Shown in pieces: positions 32,101 to 42,962 of a stretch of DNA of 64,000 bases; positions within the stretch are counted from its first letter, which is position 1, and the number at the start of each line of letters is the position of its first letter. The notes under the pieces were generated by a model. The model ran no database searches. It saw nothing but the letters and a program-made list of their open reading frames with translations, and was not told where the DNA came from. The stretch is from Mayamaea pseudoterrestris (taxonomy: Eukaryota): assembly GCA_027923505.1 (NCBI GenBank), contig BROI01000018.1, positions 124,001-188,000 on the forward strand, read 5' to 3'. Position numbers and translations under genes: made by a program.

Positions 32101-34704
32101 TGTATTTTGGTTTTAATATTCTCGGGTCTGCAGGGCACTCTGGCAGTCTGTGTACCAGTGGAGGTGCACCGCTGGCAGCTCCAACAAGTTATTGAATCTG
32201 CCAAGTCTCACCATGCTAGACAGGCTGGTGGATACTGGGTTGATAGTCACCCCAGCATTGGCTCAAAATATCAAGAAACATAAGAGGAATGGGTTGGATG
32301 GCTTAGCAGGCAAGGCTGATGATCCTGTAGCCAAAGCATGGTGCACTGCTAGCACATTCAACAACTTGTTGAATGTGCGGAGTCTCATGGTGCAATGCTG
32401 TGTTATACACCACAATTGACATGCCTATTGTCCAATTGTATCATATGTATTTTGGTTTCAATATTCTTGTGACTGCAGGGCACTCTGGCAGTCTGTGTAC
32501 CAGCGGAGGTGCACCGCTGGCAGCTCCAACAAGTTATTGGATCTGCTGAGTCCCACCATGGCAGACAGGCTGGTGGATATGGGGGCAATAGTCACCACAG
32601 CATTGGCTCAAAATATCAACAAACATAAGTGGAATGGGTTGGATGGCTTAGCAGGCAAGGCTGATGATCCTGTAGCCAAAGCATGGTGCACTGCTTGCAC
32701 ATTCAACAACTTGTTGAATGTGCGGAGTCTCATGTCGCAATGCTGCGTTCCACACCACAATTGACATGACTATTGGTCCAATTGTATCATATGTATTTTG
32801 GTAAATTATTCCCGGGTTTGCAGGGCACTCTGGCAGTCTGTGTACCAGTTGAGGTGCACTGCTGGCAGCTCCTACAAGTTATTGGATCTGCCAAGTCTCA
32901 CCTTGGCAGACAGGCTGGTGGATATTGGGGTGATAGTCACCCCAGCATTGGCTCAAAATGTCAACAAACATAAGAGGAATGGGTTGGATGGCTTAGCAGG
33001 CAAGGATATTGATCCTGTAGCCAAAGCATGGTGCACTGCTAGTACAATCAACAACTTGTTGAATGTGCGGAGTCTCATGGCGCAATGCTGCGTTCCACAC
33101 CACAATTGACATGACTAGTGGTCCAATTGTATCATATGTATTTTGGTTTCAATATTCTTGTGACTGCAGGGCACTCTGGCAGTCTGTGTACCAGTTGAGG
33201 TGCACCACTGGCAGCTCCTACAAGATATTGGATCTGCCGAGTCTCACCTTGGCAGACAGGCTAGTGGATATTGGGGTGATAGTCACCACAGCATTGGTTC
33301 AAAATGTCAACAAACGTCAGAGGAAAGGGGTTCGATGGCTTAGCAGGCAAGGCTGATGATCCTGTAGCCAAAGCATGGTGCATTGCTAGCACATTCAACA
33401 ACTTGTTGAATGTGCGGAGTCTCATGGCACAATGCTGCGTTCCACACCACAATTGACATGACTAATCGTCCAATTGTATCATATGTATTTTGATTTAATA
33501 TTCTTGGATATGCAGGGCACTCTGGCAGTCTGTGTACCAGTTGAGTTGCACTGCTGGCAGCTCCTACAAGTTATTGGATCTGCCGAGTCTCACCTTGGCA
33601 GACAGGCTGGTGGATATTGGGGTGATAGTCACCCCAGCATTGGCTTAAGATGTCAACAAACATAAGCAGAAAGGGGTTATATTGCTTAGCAGGCAAGGCT
33701 GATGATCCTGTAGCCAAAGCATGGTGCACTGCTAGCACATTCAACAACTTGTTGAATGTGAGGAGTCTCATGGCGCAATGCTGCGTTCCACACCACAATT
33801 GACATGACTACTGGTCCAATTGTATCAAATGTATTTTGGTTTCAATATTCTTGGATCTGCAGGCCATTCTGGCAGTCTGTGTACCAGCGGAGGTGCACCG
33901 CTGGCAGCTCCAACAAGTTATTGGATCTGCTGAGTCCCACCATGGCAGACAGGCTGGTGGATATGGGGGCAATAGTCACCACAGCATTGGCTCAAAATGT
34001 CAACATACATAAAAGGAAGGGGTTGGATGGCTCAGCAGGCAAGGCTGATGATCCTGTAGCCAAAGCATGGTGCACTGCTAGCACATTCAACAACTTGTTG
34101 AATGTGCAGATTCTCATGGCACAATGCTGCGTTCCGCACCACAATTGACATGACTATTGGTCCAATTGTATCATATGTATTTTGGTTTCAATATTCTCGG
34201 ATCTGCAGGCCATTCTGGCAGTCTGTGTACCAGTGGAGGTGCACCGCTGGCAGATCCAACAAGTTATTGAATCTGCCAAGTCCCACCATGGCAGACAGGC
34301 TGGTGGATATGGGGGCAAAAGTCACCACAGCATTGGCTCAAAATGTCAACAAACCTAAGAGGAAAGGGGTTGGATGGCTTAGCAGGCAAGGATATTGATC
34401 CTGTAGCCAAAGCATGATGCGTTGCTTGCACATTCAACAAGTTGTTGAATGTGCGGAGTCTCATGGCGCAATGCTGGGTTCCACACCACAATTGACATGA
34501 CTATTGGTCCAATTGTATCATATGTATTTTGGTTTCAATATTCTTGGATCTGAAGGACAATCTGGCAGTCTGTGTACCAGTTGAGGTGCACTGCTGGCAG
34601 CTCCACCATTTTTTTTTATATCTGCCAAGTCTCACCATGGCAGACAGGCTGGTGGATATTGGGGTGATAGTCACCCCAGCATTGGCTCAAAATGTCAACA
34701 AACA
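29126..34704. repeat. Tandem satellite, unit ~345-347 bp, ~16 copies; each unit is a dimer of ~169 + ~176 bp subunits
   Basis: Anchor GATCCTGTAGCC at 29274, 29619, 29965, 30303, 30634, 30981, 31304, 31651, 31975, 32321, 32666, 33011, 33358, 33704, 34050 and 34397. Confidence 0.97.
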
Positions 34705-34708
34705 ATAG

Positions 34709-35043
34709 AGGATATTATTCTCGAAAACATGGGCATCAAAGCAAATACTCATGGTTGCCATGACATTCATGCTAGCGTGCGCCTCGCGCGGTCTAGACAC
34801 AATTTCTTTGGAGGGTTATCCTGCGGGTGGTATAATACAACGCATTTTGAATTTTTTGTTGCCCTACGCGGTACCGGTCATTGTCAGCACTGGAAGGCGC
34901 TTCACCAGGCAGACGATACAAGCGAATCTTCCATTTCGTCAACGAAAGGTACAAGAATTAGGCATCCAATGGAGGAATTGATATTTAGCAATACATTTGG
35001 AGAGCCCTTGCATGAGGCGTCGGCGCTGCCGAGCAATCAATGA
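34709..35043 (+). pseudogene. 3' fragment of a nitroreductase-family gene abutting the satellite
   Basis: KTWASKQILMVAMTFMLACASRGLDTISLEGY...YAVPVIVSTG, then in another frame RHPMEELIFSNTFG, resembling a nitroreductase C-terminal half. No 5' half seen. Confidence 0.6.
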
Positions 35044-35100
35044 ACGGCGCGCAGTTACTATTAGTCTTAGGTTTATGACAGTCTTGGCATGTTTATGTCA

Positions 35101-35823
35101 TTACACTTGCGTCGTCGGCTTGCGAAAGATTTGCTTCACGCCTTCAAGTGGCTCAATGTCCCACGTCTCCTTGTGCGATACAATCAAGTTTGATTCCGGA
35201 TCAATCTCGCAAATGACTCCCCATGGCCACGCCAATACAGGTTTCCACGGTAGATTGAGCTGCAGCTTGACCATGAACTTTGTCGTTACGACTGGTGGAG
35301 TGGCCAATGCAGTGTTGCCGGCATTTTCTTTCGTCGACTCGTCGTACTGGAGCGGCCTGGCGCTGTACTCGGTAATGGATGATCCCAAGTTGGCCAGGTT
35401 TTGTACAAACCGATCTCGTCCCCGAAAAGAGACGAAAGGGTCGCTAAAGACGCAGTCGGGGTCATAAATGAGTTCATCAATGCTGCCGGATAAAAAGTAC
35501 TGACGCTGATTGTCGGCTTGGATGCGTTGCAAAGTTTCTTGCAAGGACGATGGCGGCTGATCCATGCTGTACACTAGTGAAGCTTGCGTTGCTCCAGGCG
35601 ATTGCTGCTGCTTACTCTTGTCTCCAAATAGATTGCCAAAGGCTTCAACGGCGTACCATGAAGCCTTTGTCAAAGGATTCAAGTCTTCCGATTCGTCTCG
35701 CGTTTTCTTGCCATATAGCCGCGTCAGGATTGCCGACCGTCTAGTATCATGGAGAGATTGAAAGGCTTGCACACTCCTTGCTATTATCACAGCGCATGAA
35801 CATAACGAGACTAGTAGCTTCAT
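35101..35823 (-). CDS. Plastid-targeted SnoaL/NTF2-like protein (DUF2358-like)
   Basis: Signal peptide ending VQA-F; YFLSG, IYDPDCVFSDPFVSFRGRDRF, LNLPWKP, IVSHKETWD. Confidence 0.8.
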   Translation of the reverse strand: MKLLVSLCSCAVIIARSVQAFQSLHDTRRSAILTRLYGKKTRDESEDLNPLTKASWYAVEAFGNLFGDKSKQQQSPGATQASLVYSMDQPPSSLQETLQRIQADNQRQYFLSGSIDELIYDPDCVFSDPFVSFRGRDRFVQNLANLGSSITEYSARPLQYDESTKENAGNTALATPPVVTTKFMVKLQLNLPWKPVLAWPWGVICEIDPESNLIVSHKETWDIEPLEGVKQIFRKPTTQV

Positions 35824-35991
35824 TGTGTATACATCAGGCCTTGAGGAATGAATGAGCCACGCGATCTTGTGAATGAAACGAAAACGTGACGGCGCGCCTG
35901 CGCGCGCGGCGCGGCAACCGCGCGTGCCGTTTCCAAAGCAACTCGATCACTTTGCTTCGCACTTGATACGACGAGATGAATCAAGACCACC

Positions 35992-37617
35992 ATGACTACC
36001 CATCGTGAAGCTTCACATGAGGATGATGGTGACAGTCAGGATGAGGAGCAGCAGATGTCTGTTGCAGAGCAATTTCCAAATGGTTCCGACGCAAACAGCG
36101 AAGGAGACGCAGCACCAGCATCAGATGCGAGCAGCTCGTTGAAAAATGTCGTTGACAATCCACAAGCGAAAGCACCGACAGAGTCTATCATACAAGCGTC
36201 AGCAGACCCGAGACAAAGTAATATCAGCGAAAGAGGTGGTATCTGTTATCGACTCATTACCAAAAATAGATGCTTATGGCGGTGTCTTAAGTCTTTTCCT
36301 CGGATTACAGCCTTGTGCTACGGCGTCTTGCTTCCATTGGGACTTCTCGTGGTGCTGGCAACACTTGTTGGACTCATGCTGGCCAAGTCGGAGGCTCCCA
36401 ATGAAGTTCATGTTAATGACAAGAACCTTGAAAATACTGCCAAGAGTTTGTCGGCTGCCATGACTCTTGGCGAAATCACGTCGCGCATTCCCAAGCTTTG
36501 TATGAATTTGTTCTTTTTCAATGACACGCAGTCTCATAATTTGACGGAGAAACTGTCAGACTACATTCTCAAAGCTAGTCAAGATAGCAATTCCTTTCAA
36601 GATGTCTATCGCAATGATCAAAGCAGTTCTGGAAGTATGGTGACGATCAATACGACTGATCTGTACGAATTCATGAAGGAGTGTGGTCAAGCGGCCACTC
36701 CAGCGGTAGAACAACTCTTTCGAAAGCTCAAGAACTCAACGGCAAACTCGGCTAGCATGACCTTCAACTGGATTCGGTGTTTTCCAGGTGCACGTGGCAT
36801 TGAATCACTTTCAGTTCCATGGTTGACGAGATCCAACCTCAGTGAGATCCAGCCCCAAGCCCAGCGAGACTTGTTTACGCAAACTTGGTGGGCGGATCAG
36901 CAACAGCTATATCAGCAGCATTTGAATGCATCTATTGCCTCTGGGGATGGTAGCGACCCGGTGAATCTAACAAAAGCTAAACTGCATGCCTACCAACAAA
37001 GCATTGACCAAGCGACTGGAGGCACTGCATGTGAGTTGAATGCAGCAGCGAGCGGCTGGTTCTGGTTCATTATCTTGTCGACGGTGGGTTACGGAAATCA
37101 AAACATTACAACTGCCATGGGTCGCCGTATAGTTTACGTGCTTGGTTTCTTGTCCATTCTGGCGTTTGGTGCAATCTTGTCGACGGCTGGCTACGTCGTC
37201 GCAAGTATTGTTGACGACGCTCTTGTTCGCTACAAGCTGCGCTTCCTTACGCGAACCTGGACAAGCTGCTTTCTTTGGGGCGGGTTGTACATTTTATCCA
37301 TGCTGTCGATTGCCAGTTTCACGACGCGGTGGAAACATGAACGACTCGATGGAACTGCTTCAACCTTTACCCTATCGGATGGGTATTGGTTTGGCTATAT
37401 TAGTTCAACATCGATTGGCCTAGGTGATATATTCTTGGAACCCGAGGTCTTTCTTGGAATTGACTTGGTCACATTTCCCATGTTGTTTCTGTTTTCCTTC
37501 GTCTTGGCGTCTGCGTTCATCGCCAAGTTTGTCCATTGGGTGGTCTCGGTGGTTGGAAAGCGGTCGATACTTGAAAATCTGCTAACAGAACTCAAGACAA
37601 TTGATCCTTTAAAGTGA
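35992..37617 (+). CDS. Two-pore-domain (K2P-like) potassium channel, paralogue of 19070-20918
   Basis: Pore loops ILSTVGYGN and SSTSIGLGDI; shares GVLLPL/GVILPL, WIRC/WNRC, DQATG and LEPE motifs with the other copy. Confidence 0.88.
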   Translation: MTTHREASHEDDGDSQDEEQQMSVAEQFPNGSDANSEGDAAPASDASSSLKNVVDNPQAKAPTESIIQASADPRQSNISERGGICYRLITKNRCLWRCLKSFPRITALCYGVLLPLGLLVVLATLVGLMLAKSEAPNEVHVNDKNLENTAKSLSAAMTLGEITSRIPKLCMNLFFFNDTQSHNLTEKLSDYILKASQDSNSFQDVYRNDQSSSGSMVTINTTDLYEFMKECGQAATPAVEQLFRKLKNSTANSASMTFNWIRCFPGARGIESLSVPWLTRSNLSEIQPQAQRDLFTQTWWADQQQLYQQHLNASIASGDGSDPVNLTKAKLHAYQQSIDQATGGTACELNAAASGWFWFIILSTVGYGNQNITTAMGRRIVYVLGFLSILAFGAILSTAGYVVASIVDDALVRYKLRFLTRTWTSCFLWGGLYILSMLSIASFTTRWKHERLDGTASTFTLSDGYWFGYISSTSIGLGDIFLEPEVFLGIDLVTFPMLFLFSFVLASAFIAKFVHWVVSVVGKRSILENLLTELKTIDPLK

Positions 37618-38074
37618 GCTGACAATGCGGACAATTTTCCAGGCTAGCCGCTGCGCGTCGATTCGATCTAAGAAAAGATTGTCAAAGTGTAACACAGATT
37701 TGTCTATAAAAGTTACAAGTACTTTGCTTTCATCGACTCTCAATGCGAAGAAGGACCGAGGTGGAAGAAGTCGACGGCAAAGATGAACAATATCGGGTAG
37801 ACGAACAGCATGTATGGATTCTTCGTTGGCAGCAGCCAATCCAATTGAAACGGATCAGTTTTAATTTCGTCAACAGCTTTCTTCTTGTTGGTGGCATCCA
37901 ACAAAGGTACTCTGATCGGCTTGATCGACGCCACAGGGGCGTCCGGTAAAATGACTTTTCGTGACTAAATGTCATACTGGCACTCAAGTTTCCGTTGACG
38001 CTTCGAAGATCAGTTGAAGGCAATGCCGGCGCGGCGCGCCAGCCCGTCCAGCTGTTTCAGAGTCTGCGATTTGC

Positions 38075-38190
38075 TACTTTCAGACAATGTCTGAAAGTAT
38101 CTTTCTGATTCAGACAATGTCTGAAAGTATCTGGCTTAATCAGACAATGTCTGAAAGTACTTTTTACTTTCAGACAGAATCTGAAAGTAT
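38075..38190. repeat. Left subterminal array of the MITE: 4 x 30-bp palindromic units
   Basis: TACTTTCAGACA-A-TGTCTGAAAGTA core and variants at 30-bp period. Confidence 0.9.
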
Positions 38191-38756
38191 GTGACTATTA
38201 CGTTTAAAGTACTTTTTGCAGATGCTGTAAATATCAATGGTCAAAAAAGTCATTTTTATTATGTGCAGCCATCCATGACGGTGAACTTGATGCCTTCGAC
38301 AACGCTCGTTGCCGTGCATACGCTTACAAGCACTACCACTGTCAGCTCAAGCTATAGAAGGCCAATTCTAATAATTTCATCTTCAAAATAGACTAAATAA
38401 TATATGGCGATTGGATCTGTCAAGTTGGTTTGGTCGTGAGGGGCCTGTGGAGCTCACGACGACACGATTTGTGTTCATGGGGGCCCAGGCGCCAGTTCCG
38501 CTTCATGCAGCCAACACATCATCCTTTTCCTGGGAAACCATTACTATATTGCCAGGTTCTTGACACGAATGACCATTTATAACACGTATTGCAACAAGCT
38601 GTATGGCTAGTCAGTGCTTGTCGAAGGTGCCATGGTCGTCGTCGTCGAAAACTTGGTGGTGGCAGTCATACCATCGAGACATTTCAATGGAAACAGCTGC
38701 CTCCACGACCAATCATAAGCTATAAAATATCATTGACTTCGCTTTCAGAAAAATTA

Positions 38757-38873
38757 GGCTTAATCAGATAGAATCTGAAAGTATCTTTCACTTTCAGACA
38801 GTGTCTGAAAGTACTTTTCTGATTCAGACAATGTCTGAAAGTATCTTTCTGATTCAGACAACGTCTGAAAGTA
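38757..38873. repeat. Right subterminal array of the MITE: 4 x 30-bp palindromic units
   Basis: Same TCAGACA-N-TGTCTGAAAGTA core at 30-bp period. Confidence 0.9.
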
Positions 38874-39473
38874 AATTCGGCGATCCGTTGGCGCGCAAGC
38901 ATAGACTGGATTGGCACGCGCGCATTTTCACCAATCAAATCTTATCCACGACTAAAATTTAGAAGCGGTGCGACATTTTCGGCGAAAATGACGTTTTACC
39001 GGACGCTCCAGGAAGTGTCGTTGGCTTGTTTCGACTGGCCCGTGTGACTACCGGTGCTATAATGTTAGATACATGGAAAGCGTTAGTTCCCGCAAGAGTA
39101 CTGAGCACGAGTAGAGCATAGATTAATGCCTTCATGTTATTGTCTGCTCGCCTTCGTGTGTTGCATTGTGCGAGGTTGAGAAACGTCGCATGCTTCCAAA
39201 TTTTTCAATGTCTTAGAGGTTTTCATTAGCTAACGTACATTCTACCAGTAATGCTGTTGATATAATAGCCAAGCGCACCTTCCCATGCCTTGACTAAAAT
39301 GTAAAGCAGCTGTTCATTTGCATTTATGTACCATGCTTAATATTCAACCTTTTAAGCACTTCAAAGCATTGGAAGACGGTACACAGTCAGAGAATGCTCT
39401 ACAAATACGTGACTGCAATAGTTGCGGAATTAATTTACTCCCCGTGTTATAGCATATTAAGACCGATAAGCCA

Positions 39474-40996
39474 TTACACTAAAACCTTGTCATCGCGAAA
39501 CTTGCCACCTGCCAACTCGACACCGTCGTCCTCGTCGTCGCGCTCGTCCAACATTTTGGTCATTTCCTCCGACACTTCCAATAGCTTTGGGCCGTGGTCG
39601 CCACCATGGCCACCACCCTTCTTCGACTTGCCCATGAAATTCATTACCATGGCGCCAACGCTTACTACAAGCCCAAAACATTGCGTCGAGTTCAAGTAGT
39701 GGCCATAAAAGTAGATACTTGCAATTAACGTTGTGACCTTTCGGGCCAGCCCAATGATGGAACATGTCAGTGCTCCAAACTTTGCAATCGTGACAAAGAT
39801 GAACACCTGACCGAGCGCACCGGTCAAGCCAAGTGCGACCAGCAAGAATCCCATGTCTTGAATCATTTGAAGGAATACATGCACCTGGTTGAACACCAAG
39901 AGACCAACACCTGCCAAGATAGTCTTGCCGAGTTGGATGTTATACATTAAATCAAACGGCTGCACCGAGTGCACACTCATGAGCTTGTCTTCGTAGGCTC
40001 CAGTGCCGCCGTCGAAACATAGCGACACAAAGAGCAAGAGAATGCCAATCACTTGAGCCGCCGAGTCTGTATTACCGTCAGCGTCGCTCGACTTTTTCTT
40101 GTCGCCCGCTCCCATGAACAAGGCGACTCCCAATACAATCATGACAACGTTGACATACTTTTTCATTGGATATCGCTTGCCCATGAGTGTGCCCATGAGC
40201 ATGACTGGGACGGGCTTGCAACTCTTGGCGAGGACTTGAATGGGATAGATAACGTAGCTGTATCATGTTGAAGAGATTAGAAACAGTGTAACAGAGAAAC
40301 AGGGGAGGCGATGTGAGACATTGCCCTTCATTGACGTGAAAGAAAATCGTAGGAAACTGCCCGAGTTTAGTCTACTCACCGCAGAGACCGCACCGAACAG
40401 AATGTACTTCCCATACTCGTCAAGCCAAGAATTGCAAATCGAGCCGGTGGAATGGTCGTTGGAGTTTCGTCTCGAACATAGCGTCCAGCAGCAGCCGTGA
40501 GCGTGTACAATCCCGACGTGACAAACAGAAAGGAAAGCTCGTGGAGCTTGCGGCCACCACTCGTCGTGTACTCGAGCAAGAGGCCGTAGGCGACAAAGGA
40601 AAACATGATTCCCATGAAACATATGAATAACCAAAATAGTTCTTGTGACTTTGGTGATTGATGGGAGGGTGAAGAAGGCGATGTACCCAGCTCGTGATGA
40701 TCAAGTGATGTATCCGTTATTCCGAAATGGTCATTGTCCTTGTAAGGACTTTGTCTCTTTGGTTGCAAAGGATCACTCCCATATATATTATCTTCGGCAT
40801 CCTCCGCTGCTTCCGTGTCTTCATATTCCAATGTATTGCTTGATTTTGCTCTTGGTTCATCCAAAATAGATCGCTCGCTCTGGGCCGCGTTTGTCGATGG
40901 CGTGCGTCGCTGCGGCTTGGCGCCTCCAGAGCCGGCTCCTCCCGCTGTAATTACTTGCACATTATTGCCTATATTAGCAAACCCTTTCCCTGACAT
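39474..40996 (-). CDS. UAA-family nucleotide-sugar/PAPS transporter (SLC35B-like); exons 40996-40380 and 40257-39474
   Basis: SLRYVIYPIQVLAKSCKPVPVMLMG across the intron; DGGTGAYEDKL; GQVFIF; many TM segments. Confidence 0.9.
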
Positions 40997-41592
40997 GTTC
41001 AGATGGCTTTTGTTGTCAAAGTAACACTATTACGACGGTAGTGAGACGGCGACAATCCCATGGTCGACTCTCGTCACTGCCAATGCTTGCTCTGATTTAT
41101 AAAGTCGCACCGTCACTACTCATCCACGACTTGCTGCTTTGATGAAAGGTGTCACCTTTAGCTACCATACCTTAGCACCTTTTAACTTTGATACAGAAAG
41201 TCCGGTACAAGTGGAAGCACTCCTAGATGTTCATGCTGGACATGCTGGGCATGCTGGACGAATAGGGCAATCGGCTAGGAGGAGGTGCAAGTTTTGAACC
41301 AAGATCACTACCGGGGACTTTGGTGCCCTTTCATAGAATAGTTAGGAATATATATAAAAATATGATTGGCAACAGAAACTCATGGACCAATGGGCAAGGA
41401 GGCAAAGGACTGAGAAAATGGCTGGCGTCCTTGCACGCGAAACGCGACTACGAGGACTCAACTACTCGGCGTAGCAAGTACACCACGCGGCTGAGTTTGT
41501 GAAGGACGATAAGGGAAACGTTTGCGGCTAGATCACCAATTAACCAGTGATTGAAACGGCAATAAATGACATTTCAAGTAATAAGCTCGCTA

Positions 41593-42786
41593 CTACTCTT
41601 TGCCATTCTTCTTGCTGCCGCTATTAAGAAACGCTTGTTTGCGTCCTTCGAAACCAGCGCGTGACTGACGCCGACCACCCGCCTCGTCCTCCGACTTGCC
41701 GGGCGTTGTCGTTCCAGGCGTCTTGATTTCCTTCTTGCTCAAATTGGCGCCCGCCTTGCCACCAACCTTGCGCATGTTCAAGTTATGCGAGCGAATCGAT
41801 TGACGCTCCTGCGCCGCCTCCTTGGTACCTTCCGCGCGTGTCTTCCAAGCCTTGGTTGACTGCTTCTTCTTGGCAACCTTGCGCTTGAGTTGCTTCTTGA
41901 GCTTGTGCGGATCATCCTTGACGCGGGTGCCATCAGCTTCCGCCAGCGTGTCCTTCCAAAGCATGGCCTTGGCCTTGGCTTGGTCGTCCTCGGAACCTTG
42001 CTTTAGTTGCTCCAGCTTTTCGCGCTTCTTTTCTGCATCCTCAAGTAGTTTCTTAATGTTTTTGGGTTTAGACAAGTTCTTTAAAGCCTTGTTTGATTCC
42101 ATATAGTTGCTGCTCGTCGATTGATTGTGGTTCCATCCAGCAATTCTGCCAAAATCCAAAGTCTGCAAGTCACTCGCCACATTGTTGTCTCGCGATCCAT
42201 TCGCATCCATCTTGTACACCGTCGGCTGACTCGCGTTACGATTGACTTGACTCGTCGCAGCTCGCTTTTGCTGCTCCTGCTTGCGTTGCTCCTTCATGGC
42301 GCGGCGCGCGGCACGCTTGCTGACTTGGTCGGGCGGTGGGCGATGGCCAGCCTTTTCGGCAATCTTGGAGTGCAGCTTCTCGCGGAGTGCTTCGATGCGA
42401 GACTGATGAGGTGAAACGGCCTTTGGTGTCGAGCTAGTGGCTGCCTTGGCTGCTACTGGGGATGATGCTGGTGCAGGTAGAATGCGAAGAGTCGTTGTGC
42501 CGTTGCTTTCTTCTAGACGCTGCTTGACTTGCACCGTTGACTCCGTTTGCGCTGGATCAAGCTTACGACGCTTGGAAGCTTTGGCCTCGGCCCGTCTCGA
42601 CTCCTTGCTGTCCTTGTTTGGCATCTTTTGGTAGCGAGGATTAAAGTCGTCGCCTGATTGGCCGGCAATGTAAAGCTTCGATGGAATCATGTCAACCACC
42701 ATGTCGAAAAAGGCATTATGTTCTGCGAGCTCAGCTAGCATGTCATGCGCCGAGATGACTCCGCGAGAGGAGGAACGTGGAGTCAT
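41593..42786 (-). CDS. SURF6: SURF6/RRP14 nucleolar ribosome-biogenesis protein
   Basis: N-terminal HNAFFDMVVDMIPSKLY (RRP14-like); KDDPHKLKKQLKRK..KKQSTKAWKTR; RAGFEG. Confidence 0.88.
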   Translation of the reverse strand: MTPRSSSRGVISAHDMLAELAEHNAFFDMVVDMIPSKLYIAGQSGDDFNPRYQKMPNKDSKESRRAEAKASKRRKLDPAQTESTVQVKQRLEESNGTTTLRILPAPASSPVAAKAATSSTPKAVSPHQSRIEALREKLHSKIAEKAGHRPPPDQVSKRAARRAMKEQRKQEQQKRAATSQVNRNASQPTVYKMDANGSRDNNVASDLQTLDFGRIAGWNHNQSTSSNYMESNKALKNLSKPKNIKKLLEDAEKKREKLEQLKQGSEDDQAKAKAMLWKDTLAEADGTRVKDDPHKLKKQLKRKVAKKKQSTKAWKTRAEGTKEAAQERQSIRSHNLNMRKVGGKAGANLSKKEIKTPGTTTPGKSEDEAGGRRQSRAGFEGRKQAFLNSGSKKNGKE

Positions 42787-42962
42787 TTCAAGTATAAATG
42801 CGTTCACAGCGTCGCCTTAGAGATGAGTACACGCTGCTTCGATTCTCGCTCTCCGATCTCGGATCCTCGTGTCACGCTGCTGCGTGATGGAAAATCGGTG
42901 GCTGCCAGATAATGTCGTAGCGGTGATAATTTGTCGTAGCGGTTATTTTCTGCACCTCCATC

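Larger units (their letters stand above)
37937..39008. mobile_element. Non-autonomous DNA transposon (MITE), PIF/Harbinger-like, 1072 bp
   Basis: Imperfect ~45-bp TIRs starting GGGCGTCCGGTAAAA / GAGCGTCCGGTAAAA; 3-bp TSD CAG (37934-37936, 39009-39011); no transposase ORF. Confidence 0.85.
37740..39135 (-). pseudogene. Small (106 aa) plastid-targeted membrane protein gene interrupted by the MITE
   Basis: Removing 37937-39008 plus one CAG gives an intact frame MKALIYALLVLSTLAGTNA-FHVSNIIAPVVTRASRNKPTTLP|VASIKPIRVPLL...NPYMLFVYPILFIFAVDFFHLGPSSH*. Confidence 0.8.

Noticed and set aside
29118..34491. Recurring 60-170 aa ORFs in the 345-bp satellite
   Set aside because: By-products of the repeat: unit lengths vary by non-multiples of 3, stops recur, no recognisable domain.
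21431..34704. CRISPR-like arrays
   Set aside because: Units are contiguous near-identical tandem copies with no unique spacers; no cas genes; eukaryotic context.
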